A DNA stretch of 62,974 nt, the filler included, from Octopus bimaculoides (taxonomy: Eukaryota), in the NCBI RefSeq assembly GCF_001194135.2. It is 6 parts of 5 records of this genome, joined end to end, with 100 filler letters (N's around TTAATTAATTAA, not from the genome) between each part and the next. Parts side by side here need not be neighbours in the genome. Positions count along the whole stretch, not along the records: positions 16,531 to 34,102 come from NC_068987.1; positions 34,203 to 51,441 come from NC_069010.1; 4 more parts are not named here. The stretch is one strand, 5' to 3'. The notes under the pieces are model-generated. The model ran no database searches and was not told the origin of the DNA. It saw nothing but the letters and a program-made list of their open reading frames with translations. Positions within the stretch are counted from its first letter, which is position 1. The number at the start of each line of letters is the position of its first letter. Position numbers and translations under genes: made by a program. This document shows, piece by piece, positions 26,075 to 37,971 of the stretch.

Positions 26075-26380
26075 AAAGTTTTGTCAGTGGATTTGGTAAA
26101 TGGAAACTGAAAGAAGTCAATGTGTGTGTGTGAGTGTGTGTGTACGTCCTCCACTTTACATAATATTTGTAAACAAGTGTAACCATCATCCAATCAGTAT
26201 CCTTCACTTCCAATCTTATGTGAAAGCATATGCAGTCATGAGAAAATATTGCATTGCTTGGAAACAGGTGTGTGTCAGTGACAGGAAAGGCATACAGCCA
26301 TAGAAAATCTGCCAGAATTAATTCAGTTTGAAGCAATGTAGCATGGAAAAGTTGACATTAATGCAATGATGATGATGATA
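26075..26380 (+). mobile_element. Composite SINE: family A head segment, (TG)n, family F body, RTE-type tail
   Basis: GTGGATTTGGTAAATGGAAACTGAAAGAAG (family A) runs into the F body, which ends GCATGGAAAAGTTGACATTAATGCAATGATGATG. Confidence 0.65.
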
Positions 26381-26999
26381 TATGAGTGTGTGTGTGTATA
26401 CGACTTATAGAAGTGTCCAGTTAGATTTAACATGTTCATGTACAGTAAAATGTGGAAATACCTTCATTTGTAAATAATTCCCTTGGTAGTGAAATTCTCC
26501 ATATAACCAATGCATATGAAAATACTCAACTCTGGGATATGAATAACATCATCAGATCGTAGTACACATTTCTGCGTCATTACACTTCATCAGTTTTAGC
26601 CACTAAATGCCTAACTTATAGCCTACTAAGAACTGTTTGTCATATATATAAGCAACAAATAATAAATTTACTGGTGTATCCAAAGCTTTAGTAAGAGGCA
26701 AACTCAGCAGCAAAAATTAAAACATGCAGAAAAATCTTCACTGCAGATATTGTCTTGAAAGAGAAATTTTGTTTATGGACGATGTGGATGATATTGTATC
26801 GCAAATAAGAGAAAAGGAATTGTTTTGAAATTAAATAATTTTCAGATGCTGTTACAGACATAATAGATATTAAGTAAGTTGATGAAGGCTGTTTTAATGT
26901 TTAAATACTTAAAGTTTCACTCAATTCCTTCTTCATAGTTGTGGGTTCAAAGAAAAAGACAGCGTCTCAGATATCTTTGTTGTCACCTTCCTCATCATC

Positions 27000-27725
27000 A
27001 TCATCATCATTTTAGCATCAAGTCATCAATGTTTGCATGTGTTGGATAGAATTCATTGAGGCAGATTTTCTACAACTTGCTGGGGCTGCCTACTGGACCC
27101 AAGCAGCGGGAAATTTAGACAGTGTCATGTGACAACTTGCTGGGGCAGCCTGCTGGAGCCTAGCAGCAGGTATAAAAAGGGGAATTTGACAAGACAGTCA
27201 GTCGGACGCTGACACTCGTTGATGCTGCGTCGAAGAGGCCAGGGAATAGAAGAAAGAAGACATGCACCCAACACCAGAGCTGAAGACACCTCCGTAAGGG
27301 GGGGGGGGGGTCCTGCCACGTCAAAACGGTAGAGGAGTAGGGGCTGAAACCGGACGTGGTTCCTCCTGATGATGTCTTGAGCTAACTGGATCCTATTAAG
27401 GAGCTGTTGAGGTAGCAGACCACAAAACATGGTTGAAATTCCCCAAGATACCTTTCTTTTCACCAACCCTGACCTGTTTCTCACTAAGGTAATATTTCCC
27501 CATGACCAAATGTTTTATGGAAGAGTAGAAACAAGACTACCATTATCATCATCATTTAACATCTGTTTTCCATGCTGCCATAAGTTATATATTATAAACT
27601 TCTTTCAGTTTCCATCAGTCAAATCCATTCCAGATGCCTTTGGCCAGCCTTGACGCTTGCTTTATGCAGTGGAACTGAACCTGACATCATGTGATTGGCA
27701 AGCAAACTTCCTAACTATACAACTC
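27000..27725 (-). mobile_element. Family F SINE with A-type head, interrupted by a ~370-bp insertion
   Basis: F sequence breaks at TTTTCTACAAC (27076) and resumes at GATACCTTTC (27447); A-type head reverse-complemented at ~27595-27725. Confidence 0.6.
27078..27446 (+). mobile_element. Unclassified LTR-like or pLTR-like insertion
   Basis: 60-bp internal duplication (27073/27133), TATAAAAAGG at 27171, CTGAAGA, GAAAC and CTGATGA motifs, AAAACA|TGG near the end; no TSD found. Confidence 0.45.
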
Positions 27726-27978
27726 ACCAAACTAACTTATCATGGTAGAATGTATATTCCTGTATGTTTTTATGAGGTTATTTCTTAACTGCTTTCTCAG
27801 CTGTTTATCATAAGTTTTGGAGTGTTTCTTGGAAGCTTTCTAACTGTTACATACATTGATCCAGTAGAAGAAAATGTTCAGAAACGACTGGCTTTATCAG
27901 GAGCCAATATAACATACTGCAACATATGTACTGCATTTGTGTAAGTATTTCAGTTATTATATTAAATACATTCTTTAA

Positions 27979-28198
27979 CCCTTTAGTGTTTAAACCAGCC
28001 ACATCCGGCCCAAATATTTTACATGTTTTATATTTGAACTAGCCATATCTAGCCTCTCACACCTAACCTACATTGACATTCTAAAAATAAATATTCACAT
28101 CATTGAGATTTCAAAGCTATGAAATAATGCATGATTAATTCAAAACAACTTGAGTGAAAAGGCATTACATTTAACAGAGTAATCTGAACATTAAAGGG
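27979..28198 (+). mobile_element. piggyBac-type MITE, 220 bp
   Basis: TTAA|CCCTTTAGTGTTTA...TGAACATTAAAGGG|TTAA: TTAA on both sides, 14-bp TIR with 2 mismatches, CCC/GGG termini. Confidence 0.85.
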
Positions 28199-28384
28199 TT
28201 AATGACAATATCTGTATCTAGAGTGATGGATTTTTTAAAAAGTTAGTTTCCATTGACTCCTTAAAAAAATTCAATATCTTTCATTGGTTTCCATCAATTG
28301 TTGAAAGACTGAAATGGAACAGAATTATATTTGCATGAATATTATTTATGGCTCTTTTTTTAACTTAAATTTTATACTTTCATC

Positions 28385-28660
28385 ACTGTCAACATCATTT
28401 AACATCAGTTATCCATCCTGACATGGGTTGGATGGTTTGATAAGATTTAGTGAACTGCAGCACTGTGCTGAACCCCAAAAGTTAACTTTGGCATGCTTTC
28501 TGTGGCTGGATGCCCTTCCTAACACCAACCACTTTACAATGTGTGCTGGGTGATTTTTTTTCATAATATATTGGCACAAGTAATTATTGCTGGACTGAAA
28601 AAAAAGCACCCAGTACACACTGTAAAGTTGTTGGCATTAGGAAGGGCTCCAACATTGTAG
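28385..28660. mobile_element. Two inverted fragments of the RTE-family 3' UTR
   Basis: GCTGGATGCCCTTCCTAACACCAACCAC (minus copy) and GTTGGCATTAGGAAGGGC (plus copy). Confidence 0.6.
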
Positions 28661-29169
28661 GTGAAACGTAGTTAAATCAACATAATGTATTTAAGTTAGT
28701 GTATTTTTCAATGACAACATCTATATCTACAATGACGGATTTTGTTTTTTTAAAGTATATATTCCATCTTTGATTGGTCTCCATGAGCAATTGAAAGACT
28801 GAAATATGATAGAATTTCATTGGTATGGATGAATTTATAGTATTATCTTTTAAATTTAAATTTCATAATTTACATAAGTATATAAATATATTAATTCCAT
28901 CATTATAGGTGACATGATTTAATCGGTTACATGATTTAAGATAAAGTCATCTTGTATTAAAACACAGAACATAAGAACATGACAAAAACCAAAAAAAAAA
29001 TACTGTATGATAATTGTAAATGATAGTCTACTGCATGCTGATAATTTAAAAAATGGTTAAAGTATAGAAAATAGAGTCGTCCTGTGTTGAAACACAGAAC
29101 ACAAGAATGAAACTAAATACAGTAAGATAACTTTAATACTGTACAACAATGAAATAAATAAATTACATA

Positions 29170-29330
29170 GATGCAAGCATGACCATGTGGTAAGAAGCTT
29201 GCCTTCAAACCACATGGTTCTGGGTTTAGTCCCGCTGCATGGCACCTTGGGCAAATGTCTTCTACAATAGCCTCGAGCTGATTGAAGCCTTGTGAGTGGA
29301 TTTTGTAAACAGAAACTGAAAGAAACCCAT

Positions 29331-29366
<36 letters not shown>

Positions 29367-29590
29367 TGTGAGTGTGTCTGTCTTTGTCTCCTGCCACTGC
29401 TTGACAACTGGTATTGGTGTGTGTATGTGCCCATAGCTTAGCAGTTCAGCAAAAGATAGTGATAGAATAAGCACTAAGCTTTAAAAAAATATAAGTACTG
29501 GGATCAATTCATTCAACTAAAACTTCTTCAAGGTGATGCCCCAGCATGGCCATGGTCAGATGATTGAAACAAGTAAAAAAATGAAAGAAT
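29170..29590 (+). mobile_element. SINE family A, full length
   Basis: tRNA-like head TGTGGTAAGAAGCTTGCC...GGGTTTAGTCCC, central (TG)n, tail GATTGAAACAAGTAAAA. Confidence 0.85.
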
Positions 29591-29703
29591 ACGAAAATGT
29601 TGCAAGGCATTATGTATCACCATTTCTGTTAACTTGTCAATGTTATATACATAAAAATATATCATAACAAACAAAACAATTACAATGTGGAGAAGTTATT
29701 TAA

Positions 29704-29913
29704 CGTTTTAGCCTTCAGATTACTCTGTCAATATACAATGTTTATGTATTCACATTATTTTGAATTAATCTTGATTTATCTCATAGCTGTGAAATTTTGA
29801 TGATGCATTTGTTTATTTTTAGAATGATACTGTAGGGTCAGTGTATGAGGCCGGATCTGGACATAGAAAAAAGGATATTTAGGCTGGATGCAGGCTGTTT
29901 AAATGCTAAAGGG
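29704..29913 (-). mobile_element. piggyBac-type MITE (third copy)
   Basis: TTAA|CGTTTTAGCCTTCAGATTACTCTG...TTTAAATGCTAAAGGG|TTAT; inverse of 27979-28198. Confidence 0.75.
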
Positions 29914-30611
29914 TTATGATATGGACATTATTCTATTATTCTACTGTATTTCAGAGGAGTGCACAAATATCAGTGACCAGGTTGTAAATGATGAGAAAAT
30001 TTTATTAATGTATAATACTGTATAATAACATAATAATATTACAAAATAAAACAAAGGCATGTATAGCTGTATAAGTGTGTTTTAAGAGTCTACCATGAGT
30101 CTTTCTCAATGTAATTATTAGTTACAACTCAGTGCCTTAGATAAAATCATTTACCAAACAAGCAGAAATACAAAATAAATTTAATCCTATTGCCAACTAG
30201 CCTTACTCAAGAGTTATAAGTTCCTGAAGTCGTCGTCATCATCGCTGCCACTGCCGCCGCCGCCACCAAACCCACCACCACCGCCACCACCATTATGTAT
30301 TTTCTTTCTTCTTGATTGTTTCATGTGTCACACAAGATATTCACATTTTGTTATCAACCTTTATATTGCAGCCATTCAGATTCCAGGCATTGTAGTGACT
30401 GCAACAAATGTATATCAGAATTTGACCATCATTGTCCATGGCTAAATAACTGTATAGGGAAAAAGAATATGATGTAAGTTCAAACCTCAGTTATTTGATA
30501 ATAGGGGAAAAACTAGTATAAAATGGTTTCTAGTGTTGTGTGTGTGTGCATGTGTGAGTGTGTGCGCCTGTGAGTGAGTGTGTGTATGTGTGCGTGTGTG
30601 TGTACATATAT

Positions 30612-30826
30612 TTTTTATCTTTTACTTATTTCAGTTATTTGACTGCAGCTATGCTGGGGCACCACCTTGAAGGGTTTTAGTCACACAAATTGACCCCAGA
30701 ACATCTTTTTAAGTCTAGTACTTATTTTATCAGACTCTTTTGCCAAACCACTAAGTTATGGGGACATAAACACACCAACACGGATCATCAAGCAGCAGTG
30801 AGGAAGAAGCACAAACACAAAGACAT

Positions 30827-30859
<33 letters not shown>

Positions 30860-31385
30860 CAAGCGTGATCGTTACCAACGTCGCCTTCCTGGCACTTGTG
30901 CCAGTGGCACATGAAAAGACATTCGAGTGAGTTCGTTGCCAGTGCCGCTGGACTGGCTCCTGTGCAGGTGGCACATAAAATACACCATTTCGAGCATGGC
31001 TGTTGCCAGTACCTCCTGACTAGCCTTCGTGCCGGTGGCACGTAAAAGCACCCACTACACTCTCGGAGTGGTTAGTGTTAGGAAGGGCATCCAGCTGTAG
31101 AAAGTCTGCCAAATCAGATTGAAGCCTGGTGTAGCCATCTGGTTCACTAGTCCTCAGTCAAATCGTCCAACCCTTGCTAGCATGGAAAGCGGATGTTAAA
31201 CGATGACGATGATGATGATGAATGGGCTTCTTTCAGTTTCCATCTACCAAATCCACTCACAAGGCTATGGTGTGCCTGAGGCTATTGTAGAAGACACTTG
31301 CTCAAGGTGCCACACAATGAGACTGAACCTGGAACCATGTGGTTGAGAAGCAAGCTTCTTACCACACAGCCATGCCTGCACCTAT
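30612..31385 (-). mobile_element. SINE A split at its central (TA)n by an RTE 3'-UTR fragment (30858-31220, +)
   Basis: SINE A 3' half at 30612-30857, RTE UTR ending in (GAT)n, then SINE A 5' half at 31222-31385. Confidence 0.8.
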
Positions 31386-31389
31386 ATAC

Positions 31390-32079
31390 ATATCAGCCAT
31401 GTGTGTATAAATGTGAACAAATGTTTTTTTTATTAGAAGCATTGAAATATGTATTGTACAATACAAATAAGAAGATGATACTTTTTCGAATGTATTGTTG
31501 CCATTAGAACAGCAGAAACACAGGGTAAATTACCCTTACAAGGCAGAAAGATTTGTCAACAACCAGCCATGGACTCAAACCCATATCCCTCAAAGACTCA
31601 GGTTGAGTGCTTTATCATTAAGCTAAACTGCCGCTGACAAATTCAACCACCAAATTAGACACTAAATAGTTTAGCTTTATAGAACAACCATGTGTGTGTA
31701 AATGTAAACTAACAAATATTTGTTTTTTTATTAGAAGTTTTGAAATGTATATTGTAAGGGTAATTTACCCAGAATTTCTGCTGTTCTGATGGCAACTCTG
31801 CATTCAAAAAAATATCATCTTCTTATTTGTACTGTACAATATTCATTTCGATGCTTCTAATAAAAAAAAACAAAAATTTGCTTGCTTACATTTATGCATA
31901 CATGGTTGTTCTATAAAGCTAAAACTAATTAGCACTCAGCCTGAGTCTTTGAGAATATGGGTTCGAATCCTACAGCTGACTGTTGACAAACTTTTTCACC
32001 TTGTAAGTAATTTACCCAGTATTTTTGCTGTTCTAACGACAACTCTGCATTTGAAAAAATATCATCGTATTTGTATCAT

Positions 32080-32080
<1 letters not shown>
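31390..32080. repeat. Fold-back cluster of four partial copies of one tRNA-headed element (family G)
   Basis: Minus copies ~31390-31640 and ~31665-31755; plus copies ~31753-31930 and ~31930-32080; B-box GGGTTCGAATCC at 31958. Confidence 0.75.
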
Positions 32081-32123
<43 letters not shown>

Positions 32124-32147
32124 TAGATACTGAGGACAATTCATTTG

Positions 32148-32283
32148 ACTAAAAATTCTTGAAGGCAGTGTTCCAACAAGGCCACAGTCTAATGACTGAA
32201 ACAAGTAAAAGATAAAAGATATATTCTTTTATTCTTTTACTTGTTTCAGTCATTTGACTGCAGCCATGCTGGAGCACCGCCCT

Positions 32284-32331
<48 letters not shown>

Positions 32332-32540
32332 TTTACTTGTTTCAGTCATTTGACTGTGGCCATGCTGGACCACAGCATTTAGTCGAACAAATCAACCCCA
32401 GGACTTATTCTTTGTAAGCCTGGTACTTATTCTATCAGTCTCTTTTGCTGAACTGCTAACTTACGGGGACATAAACACACCAACATCAGTTGTTAAGCAA
32501 TGGTGGTGGTGGGGGACAAACACAGACGCACACAAATACT
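32148..32540. mobile_element. SINE A 3' fragments, tail-to-tail and tandem
   Basis: GACTGAAACAAGTAAAAGAT (+) followed by two minus-strand TTACTTGTTTCAGTCATTTGACTG tails. Confidence 0.75.
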
Positions 32541-32547
32541 ATATATA

Positions 32548-32619
<72 letters not shown>

Positions 32620-32621
<2 letters not shown>

Positions 32622-32880
32622 TTAAAAAAAAACAATAACAAAAAAGTGAGGACGTGATACGGATAGTGTTATTGGACGCTCGGGAAAGGAATGAGAGAGA
32701 GTATGACGTTTCAGGTGGAGCCCTTCGTCGGAAAGACGGAAAGTTCAAAGAATGGAAAAACGGAGGAAGAGAAAAATGGCACCGATGCCCACGAGGTTAC
32801 ATTGTGGAAAGACCGGAAGAGGAGGTGGTGGAGGAAAAGTTCTTTCTAAGACAGGAGAGTGAAAAAGGGAGGTGAATATC
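32620..32880 (-). mobile_element. Penelope-like terminal fragment beside (TA)n with variant hammerhead core
   Basis: Minus 32731-32705: CCGACGA-AGG-GCTCCA-CCT-GAAAC-GTC. Confidence 0.5.
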
Positions 32881-34102
32881 TGTGCGTGCGCGAGAGTCTG
32901 CAAGGGTGTGTGTAATAACAGAATGTGTGTGTGCGTGTGTATGTGTGTGTGTATGTGCGTGGTTTGGTTGTTTATCTGTTAGTGTGTATGTGTGTGTTTG
33001 TGTGTGTGTGTGACGGAGTGGAAGGAATTAGTAGCAGGAATAGTTAGTGGGTGCTTAGGGACAATGGTCAGTGGAAGGTCAGCAGGCAGTTTTTGTGTGT
33101 GTTTGTGTGGGGTTGTAGGTGTTGGATACGTGTGCATGTGTGTGTGTATTTTGTACGTGCGCGTGTGTGTATGTGTATGTTTTTGTGCGTGCGTGTGTGT
33201 TTGTGTATATGTGCGTTGCTGTGTACGTGTGTGTGCGTGCGTTTGCTTCTGTAAGTGCGTGTGTTGTTTATGCCCATGTGTGTGTGATTGTATGCGTCTC
33301 TGTGTGAGTGTGTTGTGTTGGTGAGAGGTGTATGTGTATGTGGGTGTGTGTGTGTGTGTGGATGTGCGTGTGTGTGTGGGATTGTGAGTGTTAGGTACGT
33401 GTGCGTGTGTGTTTATGTGTGTCTGTATGTGTGTGTCCGTGTGCGTGTGTGTATATTTTTTGTGTGTGCATGTATGTGTATATCGTGTATGTTTGCGTGT
33501 GTGTGTGTGTGTGCATGTGTTTGCTTACGTACGTGCGTGCATGTGCGTGTGTCATTTATGCCCCTTGTGTGTGTAGTTGTATGCGTGTTTATGTGAGTGT
33601 GTGAGTATTGTGTATGTGAGAGGTGTGTGTGTGTTTATGTGTGTGTGTGCGTATGTGTGTGAGAGCATAAGGATGTGTGCCAGGTATGTGTGTTATTTTG
33701 TGTGTGCACTCCTGTGTGTGTGTGTGTGTGTGCATATGTATGCGGCTGTGTGTGTACGTGTATGTAGGCGTGCACGTATATATGGGTGTGTGTGTGTAGG
33801 GCTGTGTAAGGTGTGTGTCTCTACCACTGTGCGTGTGTGTGTGTATATATGTGCGTTCGTCTATGTGTGTGTGAGGGCGTGTATGTATGTTTGTCATGTG
33901 TGTGGGCGGTATATATGTAAGGTGTGTGTTAGGTGTATGGGAGGTATGTGTGAATGGGGGTATATATGGGTTATGTGTGCAAGGGTGTGTATGCTTGGGT
34001 GTGTGTGTGTGTGTATGCGCAAGTGTGCGTGTGTATGTGCGTTTGTATAAGTGTGTGGGCGAATCTGAGCATGTAAGTGCATGCATGTGTGTTGTGTGTG
34101 TG
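32880..34102. repeat. Degenerate (GT)n-rich tract
   Basis: About 1.2 kb of imperfect TG repeats. Confidence 0.9.
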
Positions 34103-35256
34103 NNNNNNNNNNNNNNNNNNNNNNNNNNNNNNNNNNNNNNNNNNNNTTAATTAATTAANNNNNNNNNNNNNNNNNNNNNNNNNNNNNNNNNNNNNNNNNN
34201 NNATATATATATATATACATACAAATATAAGTTTATATATATGTGTATATGAATAAAATAAATCTCTGAGTGAGCTATAAACAGTAGCTGCACGACATTG
34301 TGAAGTATATTTGCCACTTAAGGGTGGATGCTACTGTAGCTTGTAGCCAAGGAAAACACCTCCTCCAACTGGCTATTGACACACTTTCTGTGCCCTTACA
34401 GTATTTTCAAAGCGAAGTCATCCTTCCCATCTTCAACCTGACGTGATACACACGGACTCGGGTTTCTGAGTATTGACCCGTCATCAGTGTGTGACAATCA
34501 CCGCTTGTCAATGTGAAGTGCTTCCCAATGCAAATATATATATATCCTTTTTCCAGTGATGAAAAGTCACTGATCTCGGAAAGTGTAAACAAGCAATAAT
34601 AAATCTCTGCTGTTTTCTTGTTGTTGTTCATGTAGTTGCTGTAGTTGTTGTTCTTCTTCCGTTTCCCTCTACTTTTCCCTTTATTTTTTCATCTCCTATT
34701 TCGATTTCTTTTTCTTCTTTTCTTCTTCCTCTCTTTCTTCCTTTTCTTCATCCTCCTTTTATATTAATTTCTCTTCTCTTTTCTATTTCTACTTCTTCCT
34801 AAACTTATTTTCTTTTTCTTCGAATTCTTCTTTTTTCTTATTCTTCATTACTTCTTCATTTTCTTAAATTCTTCTTCTTCTTCATTATTTCTTCATTTTC
34901 TTAAATTCTTCTTCGTTTTCTTCCTCTCCTTGATCCTTTCCTTCTTCTTCATCTTCAACTTCTTTTACTTCTGTTTCTTCTTCTTTTGTTTCGCTATCTT
35001 CTACTCCTTCCTAAACTTATTTTCTTCTTCCCTGAGCACTTTTCTTCTTTTTCTGATTCTTCTCTTTCTTCTTTTTATCTTCTTCTCCTTCTTCTTCTTC
35101 TCCTTTTCCTTTTTCTTCGTTTTCTTCTTTTTCTTGGTTATGTTTTTGTTTATCATGATATCTCTTCTCATCGTTTGTCTCATTTCAAACACAAATTCTT
35201 CAATTTTTATCACAAATATTTTCCGTGAGAAATGTTATCATTCTATACTGTTACAC

Positions 35257-35327
35257 ATGTTTACAGATATAACATTTCGTGTATTGGACAAGGATGCTCC
35301 AAATGGTCTTTCTTGGTTATACATATT
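35257..35327 (+). pseudogene. LRR pseudoexon (71 nt)
   Basis: Follows the same TATCACAAATATTT...CTG intron block as the intact cassettes. Reads YNISCIGQG...NGLSWLYI(L) with indels; both splice sites lost. Confidence 0.5.
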
Positions 35328-36215
35328 TTATGTTTTTTCAGCTTTGTAGTTTCAATATTATGAATATAATTGTTCACCAATGTTTTAATGTCCACTCGTT
35401 TTATCGCCCCTCGCTCTTTTTATCAGTTTATCTCACATTCCTTTCCCCTATTGGCTCAATATCTGTTTGATTGTTTCTAAAGACGAGTACAACTGGGATG
35501 TTAAATATGTCTGCTCTAAATCTTATAAGTGGAAATTTACGCTCATGTATATTTTCGAATCTGCATGTATATGTGACTATAAAATTTGTATTCATAAATG
35601 ATGCCTTTTTCTTTTCTCTGGATTATACTTTTCCGTCTTCTCTTCCTCCGTCTTCTATTCATCTCTAACTTCTTCATTCACTTCAGGTACTTCTGCTAAT
35701 GCAGCAGCTTATAGATGCAGAAGTGTAAAATACAAATATTTAGAATATAGTCACAAATATACTTCTCTTTATAAAAGGTTCCAACTTCCGGCACTCGTAG
35801 TTTAGATCAATTTTCAAGATACGCTTTCACTGAAAATATAGAAATTTGATATCTTCTCATGCACCTTCTTCTTGCAACTTCTTCCTTTTAAATTTATATT
35901 CGCTCTCATCAAAGTTGTGGTTGAGTGTTTTTCAATGTATCAAAGATAGTATGTGGGCGTAACTGCACAGTGCTATTGTATGCACAGTGCAAAATTCTAT
36001 GTGCATGTGTGCGTATCTGACAGCGTGTATCTGTTTTTCTTTTCCAACTTGTTCTCTTTCTCCAAAATACCTTCTCATACTCCGAATTATTAGTTAAATT
36101 TTCTTTAAGTAATTTCTGTTTTCATCTTATTTCTGTTGTTTGTTTTAAATACGTTCTTCTTCTTCTTCTTCTTCTTCTTCTTCTTCTTCTTCTTCTTCTT
36201 CTTCTTCTTCTTCTT

Positions 36216-36272
<57 letters not shown>

Positions 36273-37228
36273 TTACATTTTCTACTTCGGTATCCCATTC
36301 TTTGTAATTCTCATCGTATTCTTCTTTCTCCTTTTCTCCGTCGTCGCCATTCTCCGTTTCCCCAAATGGATTCTTAGGACTCAATATTAACAATCTATGA
36401 TATTTTTTCTCCTGCATCATTATAGTATCAGCAATAGCATCCAAGGATAATTCTAATTACTTACTGTCTTCCCATTTGGCTTTTCTTCCAACTTTATTCT
36501 TCTCTAAGTCATATTGTCTCTTTCTCCATTTCTGTTTGAACATATTTTAGAGTCTTTGAACGTACGTGTGAAGGTATGTGCGTAAAGTCATGTGTAGGTG
36601 TATCAACATCAGCGATAAATATTCTCCGCAAAATTGTATGTGTGTATGTGCATATCACTGTACTATTTATATTCATATTTAATTTTCTTCTCCCCTATTC
36701 TGATTTTCGTTGTTATTGTCCACATCCTCCTTGTACTGTGTTTTTCATTCCTGAATCTTTCGCCTTTTTTACAATTTCCTCTACATCGTTCATTTTCATC
36801 ATCTTGTGTTTCTTCTCCGCTTTTCAAAATTTTCAACTGCTTTTTCTATTTTTTTTGAATGCGTTCTTTTCGCTTCATCACATTTTATTTGCACTTTTAT
36901 AAACCCATACACTCCATAACTTGTTTTCCTTCACCACCTTAGTAATTCCGCTAAAATTCTCCGTGTGCATCGCTTCTGTATTCCATCTTCTGCTCCCACC
37001 TCTTGTCCTCGCCTCCTCCTCTCCTCTTCATACTTCCGCTCTTCCTGTCCTCGCAGCTCCTACATCCCCTCCTCCTCAATCACCTACTCCAAATCGTCCT
37101 CTTCATTAATTTTATCATGCTTTTCTTTCATAGCCCTCGTTCTCTCATCTGATTTTAAAACTCCAAATTTAATGTTTTATCAGACAACACTTCTATATTA
37201 TTTCTTTATAATCTGTTTCATGTAACAG

Positions 37229-37300
37229 AACATTCGAGCATAATAAGATCGAGAAAGTCGAACGTGGAACCTTCCAAGATCTTATCAATTTACAGAAACT
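37229..37300 (+). CDS. 72-nt phase-2 exon encoding one typical extracellular LRR
   Basis: taacag|A ACA TTC GAG CAT AAT AAG ATC...TTA CAG AAA CT|gtaagt = TFEHNKIEKVERGTFQDLINLQK(L); canonical AG/GT, no stop. Confidence 0.85.
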
Positions 37301-37697
37301 GTAAGTTCAATTTCCGTTGATATTTTATTAACGTAATATTACTAGAAATTTCATGTCTTCGCTTTCTTAATCTTTCTTTCTGCACTTCTAAATATATTCT
37401 GCAATTATATCTCCGTTTGTGGGGGTATGAAGACTTGCAGGAATGTGTGAATGAATAAATGTTTTGTGCATGAAAGGATGATTTTCTGCGAACTCGTATA
37501 TCTGTATCTGTGTGTGGTAGGTTAACTTCATACCTCTGTCGGTGTCTGAGTGTCTGCAACAGAAATCATAGTTACTAACAGAAAATCATGTTACTAAAAA
37601 CATTTTTACACGGTTTTCATATCATTCTTTTACCCAAATGAAATACATTTCTCACATGCATACACGCGCGCGCGCGCGAAGATATGCATATATGCAG

Positions 37698-37969
37698 ACA
37701 CGGGTGTTAGTGTAGTAAGAAGTTTGTTACAAACCACATGGTTCAAGACTGAGTGTCACAATGTGGAACCGCTGGCGCATGACGTTTCCTTTTTTCTCGG
37801 GTTAAGCAATTCCTTTTGAGTGGGTTTGATAGATAAAACTGAAAAAAGTCTGCTGTTTGATACATGTTATATACATATATGTGTGTCTTTTGTGTCTTTT
37901 TTGTCCCCAACCACCTCTTAACTAATGGTGCAGTGCTTCCCACGCCGTCACTTAACGCTTCGGCAAAAG
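37698..37969 (+). mobile_element. Diverged SINE A, cut at the Gypsy LTR junction
   Basis: Head through CTTAACGCTTCGGCAAAAG, then abrupt start of LTR sequence. Confidence 0.65.
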
Positions 37970-37971
37970 TT

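Noticed and set aside
33577-34086. Cys/Val-rich and His/Thr-rich ORFs
   Set aside because: Translations of degenerate (GT)n.
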